A stretch of DNA of 64,000 bases from Camelus dromedarius (Eukaryota): assembly GCF_036321535.1 (NCBI RefSeq), contig NC_087465.1, positions 620,001 to 684,000 of the forward strand, in the 5' to 3' direction. This document shows, in pieces, positions 1 to 10,446 of this stretch (positions are counted from its first letter, which is position 1; every line of letters starts with the position of its first letter). A program made the position numbers and the translations under genes. The notes below the pieces were generated by a model, which worked only from the letters and a program-made list of their open reading frames with translations, ran no database searches and was not told the origin of the DNA.

Positions 1-861
1 CGGCGAGGACCAAGGTCCAGTTTGACATCTGCCTGATGGTTTGATAAGGAAATGTGGCCAAAACCCAGAGTTAAAATGAGGTTTAGTGCCTCCAAAGGCA
101 AATGCAGAGTTTGCCCCACTTCTGTGCTCTTTCCATGGTGGAATGCTGAGAAGAGGAATCTCCAGTCACTTCCTGGGTCACGGTGGTGGCCTGGGTCACC
201 AAGGGCAGACTGGCAGGGAGCACCAGGGCTGTCAGTTTAGAACAATCGCTTCTCCCTTTTCCCATCATGGGATTTGGTGTGGAAGAACCACGGGGACAGG
301 CAGCAGGTTCCAAAGAGAGGATTCTTAATTTGCTGTGGGAGAGACCAGCGTGGTCCTCCGTCACCTAACTACTCGGAAGCTCAGTTTTCTTGTCCCTAGT
401 GTGGGGTGATGAAATCCACTTCTCCCGGCTGGTAGACGGTCAGTCAGCTGGCACGGTCAAGGCCTGCTAACCAGGCATTGCAGAGAGAGGACTGGGGGGG
501 GGGGTTCTTCCTGCAGTTTGGCCTTGTGTTTCTCTCTTTTTACTTCCCGCCTGTTATAGACACAAGGACTTGGGAAGACATTTTGACCTCTTGTCCTTAA
601 AAAGATTTCTTCAAAATTCATTCCAAACACACACCTTGCATTTTCTAGAAGCGCCTTGATTTCAAACACTTTGTTCCATCCTCAGACCTGCTGTCAGACC
701 GTGTCTCCTTATTCTTAAAGTGGGGACAGTTCACTGTAAGGGGAACCTGGTCTGTGTGATCAGCAGGAGGACATCACTGAGGCTGCGGAGCCACACGTGT
801 GTGTCAGGACCAGACGCTCAGCCCTGACCCCCTCACAGCCAGTTTCTTCTCTTTGATTGAA

Positions 862-1006
862 TTTTTAAAAGTTGAAGTATAGTCAGTCACAATGTGTTGA
901 TTTCTGGTGTACAGCACAATGTCCTAGTCATGCACATAGATATATACATTCGTCTTCCTGTTCTTTTTCATTAAGGGTTATTACAAGATACTGAATATAA
1001 TTCCCT
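862..1006 (-). mobile_element. L1 3' end fragment (artiodactyl/camelid-type 3' UTR)
   Basis: The sequence ttttaaaagttgaagtatagtcagtcacaatgtgttgatttctggtgtacagcacaatg...ttacaagatactgaatataattccct resembles the antisense 3' terminus of younger cetartiodactyl L1s as I recall it. Subfamily not verified. Confidence 0.7.
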
Positions 1007-1016
1007 CTTTAACTGA

Positions 1017-1340
1017 AATTTTTGTTGAGATGGTTGCAGATTCGCACGTCGTCGTAAGAAAAGGTGTGAGAGCCCAGGTACTCTTTGCCCAGGTCCTCCC
1101 AGTGGCAACATTTTGCAAAACCGTAGAAGGACACGTCTGCTCGGATGTTGGTGCTGACACAACTTGCTCACCTCGCCCGGGCACTCAGCGTGTTATTTGT
1201 TCTGTAAGTGGTTTTATCACGTGTGTGGTTCCCACAGACAGCACTGCAGTCCAGACAGTGAGATAGTCCCGTCGTCACAGGCCCCCTTCTGCTGTCCTTT
1301 TAGGGTCCCTCCCTCCCTCCCCTCCGTATCAGGGAAAATG
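1017..1340 (-). mobile_element. Old L1 (L1MB/L1MC-type) 3' UTR fragment
   Basis: tttttgttgagatggttgcagattcgcacgtcgtcgtaagaaa...cccagtggcaacattttgcaaaacc parallels the recalled antisense L1MC/L1MB 3' end (gagataattgtagattcacatgcagttgtaagaaa...cccaatggtaacatcttgcaaaact). Confidence 0.65.
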
Positions 1341-3050
1341 TTCTCCCACCTTATTTTTCAAGATTATTTTACCTAGGCCTGTGCCTTTCAATAGCAATTT
1401 TATTGGAGAAATTTCTTTAGTTTAGCTTTTTTTGGGGGGTGTGGGTAATTAGGTTTATTTATTTATTTTTGCAGGAGGTACTGGGGATTGAAGCCGGGAA
1501 CCTCATGCGTGCTAATGATGCACTCTACCGTCTTGAGCTATACCCTTCTTCATTATAGCAATTTTAGAATAAGCTTGTCTACCTACAAAAAGTCTTGCTA
1601 GATTTGGATAGGAACTTTCTTAAGCCTATAGACTCATTTGGGGACTTGACATCTTTACTATGTTGAATTTTCTAATCCATGAACATGGTATGTCTCTCAC
1701 GTTATGTCTTCTTTTATTTCTTTCATTAGCATTTTGTAATGTTTAGCTGACCTTTTCTGTACATGTGTTAAATGTATGTCTAAGGATTGCATTGTCTTTG
1801 GCATGATTGCAGATGGTAATTTGCTTTAAATTTAGTTACTTAATGTTCACTTTTATTATGTAGAAATGTGGTTGATTTTTGTGCATTGCACTTGTGTCCT
1901 GTGGCCTTGCTGAACTTACTTTTTAGTTCTAGGAATGTTTCTGTAAATTCTTTTGGATTTCTACATAGACAGTCATGTCATCTACAAAAGCAGTGTAACT
2001 CCTGCTTTTTCCTATGTGTGTCTTTTATTTCTTTCTCCTGCTATTGCAGTAAAAGTGTCAGAGCCTTGCCTCGTTCCTGATTTTAGTGGGAAAGCATTCA
2101 TCCTCTCATCATGAAGAATGTTGTTAACTGTAGAATTTTTTGGTAGATTCGAGATGCTCTTTATCAAGTTGAGGTAATTTCCCTCTACTCTGAATTTCCG
2201 TTTTTTTTTTTTTTTTGTCATAACATTTCATCAAATGCTTTCTCTCCAAGTGACATGATTTTTTCTTTTGCTTCTTGTTATGGTGGGATATATTGATTGA
2301 TCTCCAATTACTGACCAGCCTTGCATACTTGGAATAATCCCACTCGGCCACATTGTATCATTCTTTCTATACGTTGTTGGATTTAGTTTGCTGATATTTT
2401 AGTGAGGATTTTGTGTCTAAGATCACTAGGTATACTGATCTATAGTCTTATTTTTTTTCATTGTCTTTGTCTGGTTTTGGTTTCAGGATAATACTGGCAT
2501 CAGAATATGAGTTGGGAAATTGTTTTTTTCCTTTTTCATGATCTGGAAGAGATTGCATAAGGCTCATTTTATTTTTTCTGTGTTTGTAGAATTCTTTTGT
2601 CTAGTGAAACCACTTGCCCTGCAGAGCACTTTTTTTCTGGCGGCGTTTTAGCTGTGAATTCAGTCTTTGATGATTACAGGGCTATTCAGATTGCCCATTT
2701 TGTCTTGGGTGACTTTTGGTGGGTTTTAATTTTTAAGACATTTATCTATTTCTTCGAAGTTAAAGAATTTGTTAACATAAGTTTGTTTACAGTCTCCCCT
2801 TGTTATCTTTTTAATGACCACAGGATCTGTAGTAGTAGCCCGTTTGTGACCTGTGTCTTCACTATTTTTGTCGGTCTTGTCGTAGGTTTGTCCATTTTAC
2901 TAGTTTTTTCATAGAACTAGCTTTTTGTTTCATTGATTTTTTTCTATTGTTTTCATATTTTCAATTTCATTGATTTCTATTTTTATATTAACTATTTCTT
3001 TCCTTCTGGTTTCTTTAAACATTTTTATTCTTCTTTCTCCAGATTCTTGG
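1341..3050 (-). mobile_element. Degenerate LINE-1 ORF2 (reverse transcriptase region) remnant, interrupted by a SINE
   Basis: The region is T-rich on the + strand. Minus-strand ORF 2012..2221 reads VEGNYLNLIKSI...ILHDERMNAFPLKSGTRQG, matching the L1 ORF2p motif IEGTYLNIIKAIY...IILNGEKLKAFPLRSGTRQG. ORF 2124..2351 (WRSINISHH) matches the SINVIHH motif. Multiple stops and frameshifts make it non-functional. Confidence 0.9.
1402..1554 (-). mobile_element. Camelid tRNA-Ala-derived SINE (vic-1-like) inserted in L1, with 11-bp TSD
   Basis: The minus strand reads gggtatagctcaag...gagtgcatcattagcacgcatgaggttcccggcttcaatccccagtacctcc...aataaacctaattaccc, with A-box- and B-box-like motifs. The direct repeat atagcaatttt lies at 1391-1401 and 1555-1565. 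Confidence 0.9.
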
Positions 3051-3987
3051 AGTGGTTTTCTGTTTCCCTGGGGCTCCCACTGGTCCCTCTGGTGCTGCCC
3101 AAGGAGTGGAAGGCACCTCCCCAGGTGGGAGAGCAGTGTGTGGGGTCCCTGCCCCTGTGTCCCAGCTGTCCAGGTGTGTCTGGGCAGGACAGGAGCACCT
3201 CAGGCCTGGCAGGAAGGACAGCCCGATCTCTGTTTCTGGTGGGGCTCTGATGGGCACCTGCCTGTGGCTTCGGTGTTCCTGGGCACGTGCTGCCGCTGGT
3301 GGACATGGGGACCCGCTGTGCCCAGTGGGGTCTGAGTCCAGCGGTGTGCTGCTCCTTCAGAGCGGCCTGACTGCCTGCCTCCCCAGCTCTCCCTGGGGTG
3401 GCCTGTGCATCACTCCGGGGGCCACTGGCACTTGGTTGGGGGCGGGGAGGGTGGGCCTAGTCCATGTCGTCCCTGCAGGGCAGCCGCTTATCAGTACAGT
3501 CATCCAGTTTCCATCATGCAGAAGTCCAGCCAGGACCTGGGCTCCACGCCTGTGCCTGTGATCGCAGCTTGGACGTTGCTTCCGGGGTGGGGGGCCCCAT
3601 CCCCGTGGGGTGGTCGTTAACAGTGCCCATCACTCCCAGAAGGGTTCAGTGGGGGCTGCGGTGTGTGCCGACGCTGTCCACGGGCTGTTGTGAGGGCTCA
3701 GGCTGGTCCACACCGCAGGCCTGGTTTGTGCCCCCTGCTGCTGTGCTGTTTGCTTCTCCTCATCATGTAGCGCACACGTGCTGTCTGCGTCCTGCAGTCG
3801 GCCACTTGTCGGATGACCAGAAAGCTCTTCCTTGTCTTATTTTAGCAAACAGACGTATGAATAGAAGTGCCAGTCCTCCCTCCACACCTGAGGGGACCGT
3901 CTAGTGGGCCCTGGGGGAGGGGTCTCGGTGCAGCTGGCCCCAAGGCCGGCGGGGCCCACAGTGAGTGAACAGATAACTTAAAACAAA

Positions 3988-4130
3988 TTTTTTTTTTTTT
4001 GGAGGGAGGAGGTAATTAGGTTTTATTTATGTATTTATTTTATTTATTTTGTAATGGATGTGCTGGGGATTGAACCCAGGACCTTGTGCATGCTAAGTGC
4101 ACTCTCTGCCACTGAGCTGTACCCTCCCCC
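3988..4130 (-). mobile_element. Camelid tRNA-Ala-derived SINE (vic-1-like), full length
   Basis: The minus strand reads ggggagggtacagctcagtggcagagagtgcacttagcatgcacaaggtcctgggttcaatccccagcac (a tRNA-Ala(AGC)-like head with a B box). An AATA-rich segment, cctaattacc and A13 follow. Confidence 0.92.
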
Positions 4131-5448
4131 ATGAATGGGTGACTTGTAACTGGGGACCACATGGGGACTGTGACCCCGCTGGGCGCAGTTCCCACGTCTC
4201 CCTCGCTAACTGCACGCCGCAGTGCTCGTTCCGGCCGCCCTTTCCTGAGGCTGCTGGCTGAGGCGGGAGCCAGGTGCACTGGCTGTGGGTGGGACTCAGC
4301 TTAGGTACCCGGCTGTTGGAGAAAGTTGCAAAAAACCCGGTAAATCAGTTGTGGAGGGGGAAGCGTCTGAGCTGTGAGGATGCACCAGAGGAGGGAGAAC
4401 ACGGGGCGGTATCTCGTTTCATGTGTAATACTCTCTAATTAAGAGTATTTAATATTTTATGGCACAACATCCACCAATTCCAGCTCTGTTCTAGGAGCAG
4501 GCGGTTTCGGGTTAAAAAAAAAGATTCCATGCTATTAATTGATTCATGAACGTATCCCGTTTTGCAAAGTTTGCTTGAACTTTGTCCCGCGCTTGCTTGC
4601 TGAGCGCCCAGGCGTTTGTGGTGGCGGCAGAAACGTGCTTGTGGTGGTTTTCTTTGCTTCTGGATCACGTTCTGTTTTGACTGATGCGCTGTGGAGAGGG
4701 CAGTGCCCGCTGTGCTGGTCTGTTCCTGCATTTCCAACTGTGTGGATGTTCCAAGATTTACTGGAAGTTCGCCGTTACTTTCAATCTATTGTTTCGAAAG
4801 AGATTCTTGTTTATGGCAAATTGCTTTTAGAAAGTCGGAGATGAAACTCCCCTTTGCCCTTCAGGGAAGAACTGGAGGAAAGTTAGTGTGTTGTGTTAAG
4901 CACCGCCCTTCTTGGTATCTGCGGTCAAGTTCTTAGGATAAAATCTTCTTCTCAAATTTTTACTTTAGTACCAATTATACACGAGTCTTAAACGAAGCAA
5001 ACAGTGTTCTTGTTGAAACAATGCAGAGGTCGATGACCTGTTGGCTAACTTCTTTCTTAATCTTCAGTTGCTTCCGTAACGTTTCCACCTATTCTGTGGA
5101 AGGCTATTTAAACCAATTAGTTCTCCTTTGAATTACCTGATTTAAAGTTGCTCTCAACGAATGTTGCTTTGTACCCGAGTGAACTGAACCTGCCTCCAAA
5201 CCCTGTAACAATGTGGTGTCCCAGTGGGTTCACAAGGACGCCAGACAATATCTCTACAAATACAGACTGGGGACCTTTTCACTCATGGAGTTATTTCAGT
5301 GTTATTATTGAAAGAACATTCAGAGTAAGACGTTTCTTGAAAACCCAATACTGGAACTAACAACTTTCCAAATAACTCAAAACATTTTATAATATTTCCT
5401 TACCTGCCCCTTGTTCCCTAGAGAAAAACCAAGGGCGTTGATACTATA

Positions 5449-5750
5449 CAAACACATTCAGAGACATTGTGGGTTTGGTCCTGGACTGCCGCAACGAGCA
5501 AAGGTCACCGTGAAGCAAGACACACGAGTGCTTTGGTTTCCCAGTGCGCGTAGAAGTACGTTTACACTGTGCCGTAGTCTGTTGAGTGTGCAGTGGGATT
5601 TTGTCTAAGAAGACAATGCACATACCTTAATTAAAAAATACTTTCTTGCTAAAAAAACCTGCTAGCTATCATCTGACAACAGCGCAGAGTTGCCACGAAC
5701 CTTCAATTTGTAAAAAACACAGTGTCTGACGCATGAGAAAGGAACGCCTG
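5449..5750 (-). mobile_element. Internally deleted Tigger1-derived (TcMar-Tigger) non-autonomous DNA transposon
   Basis: TA at 5447-5448 is followed by caaacacattcagagacattgtgggtttggtcctggactgccgcaa, similar to one Tigger1 end (CAGGCATACCTCGGAGATATTGCGGGTTCGGTTCCAGACCACCGCAA). The internal ggtttcccagtgc and acataccttaattaaaaaatacttt motifs are present. The element closes with aaccttcaatttgtaaaaaacacagtgtctg...acgcctg, similar to the opposite Tigger1 end. Confidence 0.85.
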
Positions 5751-8700
5751 CCCGTTGTTCTGTCGCTCAGGTGGGATGTGCCGATGACCCGTGTCCTTGG
5801 GGACAGGCCCTCGATGGTGCCAACACATGGCCCTCAGTTTCAGAAGGTCACAGGTTAACCAGGACACGTGACTCACAGACAGCAAACGATGGGGGGTGCT
5901 GTGGGGGGCCCGTGGGTTGGACGAGAGGCGTGGGGAGCGTGTTGGGGCCGATTTCAGGCGGAAGGCCCCGTGGCAGCTTTGACTTTGGAGGTCACACGGG
6001 CCGCTTTCTAGGTGTGTCTGAGTCAAAGGTAATTTCCAGACAACGGCGAAAGCATGATCCCCACACAGATGTAAAAACGAACACGAGCTGAGGATTTAAT
6101 TCTGCTCTTTAAGTCAGAGAAGGAGCCAGACAGGTGTTAAAGCTGGTCCAAAGGAAAGTAAAAACGCACACATTTATATGGAGTAAGTGAACTGAGTCTC
6201 AAATGGCGCAAAACCGATTTTCCACAGGAGGAGTGAAGTCTAACGAAATTCCACAGGACAGCACGGATTTGCACACCCACCCTCCCTGCCGTTTGTGACG
6301 ACGTGTCAGCGTGACGACCACAAACAGGGAGAAAAGACAGCGTCTGGAGGGCTGTGCTGTTGACAAAGCTGCAGTTTTCCTTGAAGCACGACATTGTTTT
6401 CGATTCTGTTTGGGTTCATTCTGCTCCTCTGCCCCCCAAAAAGGTGGCTCGAGTCAGGGAAGGGAGCACGATGTGCGACCCTACAGCTCGGGGCGCTGCA
6501 CACGAGTGCACACACACCTCCTGTGGCTCGAGCTGTGCCGGGACTGGGCGTCTCGCTGCGAGTCACGCCGTCTGGCCTCGCTGCCAGCAAGGCTGGGAGG
6601 CTGTCTCGGCGCCTCAGTCCAGCCAACTACCGCGCTGGCATGGCCTCCTGCGAAGAGATTGAACCCGCAGATCAGAAGGTAACAAAGTTTAATAGACACG
6701 GGAGAATGGATAGGAGAGTAACACTTTCACATCCTGCGGAAGCGAAGTGTCGACGGCGTCTTCCACATGCGTCCTGGGCGCGTCCTTCCCAGAGCCGGAG
6801 TCCCACGGGTCCCGTGGATGGCGGGGGCGCTGACCTCGCCGAGCCCCCGGGACAGGAGTGTGGGGTTAAAGAATTTGGAGGTTTCCTTCACTTGTTCCAG
6901 CCCTGTCCTCGCCGACTGCGCCAGCAGACAGTGGAGGTTTCTGAGGGCAGACTTCAGAGGTAAAAACAATTTAAAACGTCCCCAAACTTCAGCATTAGGT
7001 CAGCTGCTGGGAAGGGGAGAGGAAGAAAGTATTGACCAGCTAGTTTTCCTTTCTGATAAGAAGAACATGGGTGCACTTTAAATCAAACACCAGAACTTCG
7101 GGGAGTTGGGAAGAGGATGCACTCGCGTGAAGGAGGGTGCTTGCTGAGGACGAGGCGGGGTCAGGTTTTCCTCCCTCCAGGGGCGGGCGGTTTGGTTCCT
7201 GGAGAGGGGCACGTGGAGCTTTGTCCTGTCGCTTCAGCTGCTGCATCTCGGTTACTTATCTGTTAAAGGGGTGGGGGCAAGAGTTCCCTTGTAGGGTGTG
7301 GAAACAGTGCCAGGGCCGGGGCAGAATGACGCACACTCGTCAGTGGGCCGGTGGGAGGTCACTGTGTGAGGCCACCTGGGCAGTCCAGGCCGCAGCTCGG
7401 CCACACCCCACCCGGAGCCCAGGCTGGCTCGGCCCGGCCCCCGGGGAGGGGAGTGGCCGGGGGAGGGCAGGGGCACAGCCTCACATCCCGGCTGGTGGGC
7501 CGTGGGTCACTCAACGCGGGCCCCGCAGGTGGGCCGTCTCTGCAGCGGACACTGTGCTGCCCCCGGGGCTGGACAGCAGAATCGACGTAGTGCACATTCA
7601 GCGAGAACCAAACCAGGCCACAGATGTCAGGCCCGGGCCCGGGACGCTCAGCGGTGACGTGTGGTCATCATCGTGACTGCTTTTATTGGTGACTCAGCTG
7701 TTTCCCACGAGGCGCGCGGCCAGCCTGTGAGCTCATCCTGTCCCTCCCGGAGGCCCCGAGGCTGTGGTGGCTGGAGCCGTGGATGAGGGGGCCCCGGCCC
7801 CTCAGAGCTCTGTGGGTGACCAGTTGCCGGAGGAGGAAGCTTCCCGCCCTGTGGGTGATGGAAGCCTTGTGGAGAGTTCTCCCGTGGCCTGAGAGCTGGG
7901 GCCACACCCGAGACTTCTCTGAGGCTCCCCCGGATCAGGATGGGGATAGCACGTGGCTCGTGGGCCTACGCTCTCCTGACAGGGCTGTCCCCGCACACAT
8001 GGACGTGAGGGCAGGTGGCTCGGGAGACCCCAGCTTCCCTGAGTGCCCCCGCCCCGCCCCGCCTCGGGATGGAGATTCTCGGATGTGTCTTCGCAGAGGG
8101 TCTGCCGAGCGGGGAGGAGGCCCTTCCTGGCCGAGGACACGCACATCCACCCAGCTCAGGGCCTGGCCCAGACGTGGATTGGAAACTCTGGAGCAGGCAG
8201 AAAACGCAGCCTTTCCTCACGCAGGGCTGGTGACCCAACCACCATCTCCCTGAATGCCCCAGACTCCCGAGGTCAACCCCAAGGTTGGAGTCCTTTTTCC
8301 ATTTGTGCTACGTGGGGTGTAAGCTGAGGCCACTGGACCACGGGCCCTGGGCTGAGGGCCATGATCTGGGGGGGGGTGGGGGGCTGCGTTGGCAGGGCTG
8401 GAGCCGGGCAAGCGGCCGAGGGGAGGGAGGCAGGGGCAACGAGGCAGCCCTGGACCTGGACCTGGGGACCGACGACATGTCTGTCGGGTGAGGCAATGCC
8501 CCGAGCGGGGTGGGCCTTGCCCTCAGAGCCGCCCTGTGTTTGGAGGTGGTTCTGGGACGGAGCTGGGCTCGGAGCGGAGCTCGGGTCCTGGGTGTGGATC
8601 AGGCCCCTGGAACAAAGGGCCCGACCTCGGGCAGCTCCTTAACCCCTTGGCGCCCAGCAGCTCAGCCGCCAGAATGAGGAATCAGCGAGGAGATCTGCGA

Positions 8701-10422
8701 GGTGGCCTGGCCCCGAGTGAGGGTGCGGGGAAAGGGCAGCGAGCTTCTCACTCTGCCAGTCCCAGAGCTGACCTGATTTCTTCCAGAGCCCAGCTTTGAA
8801 TTCCGACGACCTAGCAGTGTGTTTGGCAGCTTTGTCACTTCTCGTGCTGTTGTTCATTTCTGTTACTTGCGCAGTTTCTGACCTGGGAACCTCTGCTCAC
8901 ACCCTGTCTGGCTGGACCAGGACTGTGTGCTGCGCCTCTGATTTGAGGGCCTAATTTTATTTTTCCTGGAATCCTTTGCCCAAGCAAGTGGCTTGACTGT
9001 TCATCCCAGGAACTTCCTGGTGGACCCGTCAGCTCCTCCGTGGAAACGTCCACAGTTACGCCCAAGAGTGAGAACCCCTCACTGAGGGGCTTGGTCCTGC
9101 CGGCTGTGGGGTCACGGCCCTCGTGGGGCCCCCACTGGGCTCGGGTCCAAGGCAGGCCGGGCCCCTCCTCCTCCGAGGCAGGACGGCTCCGGGAGGCTCT
9201 GAGCCCCCAGCGCCCGCTCCCTCTTGTCAGTGGGCCACGCTGGTGGCGTTTGGGGCCAGACACACTCTTCACGTGCTGGGAGGTCAGAGAATGTGTAAAA
9301 CGTAGGATCTGAACAGCCTGCTCTTTGCGTCTCTCATCCTGCGTTACTGCTGGAGTTCTGTGCTCGAGCGTACGTTCTCACCAGCACCTCGGCTTCCTGA
9401 CCTCCGTCTAAGACAAGTGCAGCGAGTTTTGTTTTCGAAGTTCGTTTCCCTATTTGATTTTCTGAAAAATAATTTCTGGGTGTTGACTGGCCACTCGGGC
9501 GAATCCCAGGAGAGCAGACGGGTGTGGCTTGGGCTTCAGGCCTGGGCAAGCAGTCTCTCCCCTCTCCCCACGTCCTCGTTCATGCTCACAGAGTCCCCGG
9601 CCCCAGGGGCGTCATCTTCACCTCCCCCGGGACCGCACGCTGGGCCAGGGGCTCACAGGACAAGAGCTCAGCTGTACCGCTGGCCATGCAGACCAGCCCT
9701 CCTTCCACCTTCCCCGTCCTCCCGTGGGTGTCGTGAGGCCTGGGCCCTGGAGGGGGGCCTGGCCACCTGTGGACAGCGGGGAAGCTCCAAGGGCAAGGCC
9801 ATGGGACCCCAGCCTGAGTCTCTGGCTCCGACTCTGAGCTGAGATGGAGCCCCCATCCCTGGGTCTCCGGGTCTTCTCCCCAAGGTCTCCAGCACCTTCC
9901 CTCCTGGGCGCCTCGTCTTCCTGGTGATCCCAGAAGCCCTGCCGTGTGCCCGCAGCACCATCTTCCTCTGCTGTGAGCCCAGAGCCCCTGCACGTGAGGA
10001 GGGCTGTCCTCTCCCCTGCTCCTGACAGGCTCTGGGCGGGCTTCTCCTGAAGCTCCTGTGCTATGGCCCATTTGTGGCTCAGGTGGGCCGCGCAGGGGCT
10101 CCCCCGCTTCCCCGTCTCCCTCTGGCCTGCTGGCAGGACGTCAGGCGAGTCTCAGCCATCCCTTTGTCAGGAGGAACCTGCTGTCCCCACAGAGGCTGCC
10201 CAGCGGAGAGCCTGGTCTCACTCCTCACGGTTCCTTCCTGGGGACAGAAGGAGGGAGGACTCCCGCCCGCTCCTCGCCGCTGCCCTGAGCTCCTGGGAGG
10301 CGCGAGTCAGGCTGGGCGGGGCGGCCCTGGGGATGACCTGCTTCCTCGAAGGGCGTTCAGATCTTCCTCAGGGTCGTCTTTCTTGAGACTGTGAAGGCAC
10401 TCACTCTGCCCTTCCTGCCTCC

Positions 10423-10446
10423 TCTGTCTGTCTGTCTGTCTGTCTG
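10423..10446. repeat. (TCTG)6 microsatellite
   Basis: Six perfect TCTG units read directly from the sequence. Confidence 0.9.

Noticed and set aside
3957-3984. Cryptic RSS (CACAGTG, 12 nt, ACTTAAAAC)
   Set aside because: The nonamer matches only 6/9, and there are no V/D/J segments, constant exons or switch repeats in the window.
3988-4130. tRNA-Ala gene
   Set aside because: The tRNA-like head is diverged and is followed by the SINE tail and poly(A). It is a SINE, as are the copies at 1402-1554 and 36831-36916.
6142-6154. GCTGGTCCAAAGG resembling the 5' end of Y RNA
   Set aside because: Similarity ends after 13 nt, and there is no complementary 3' stem or U tail.
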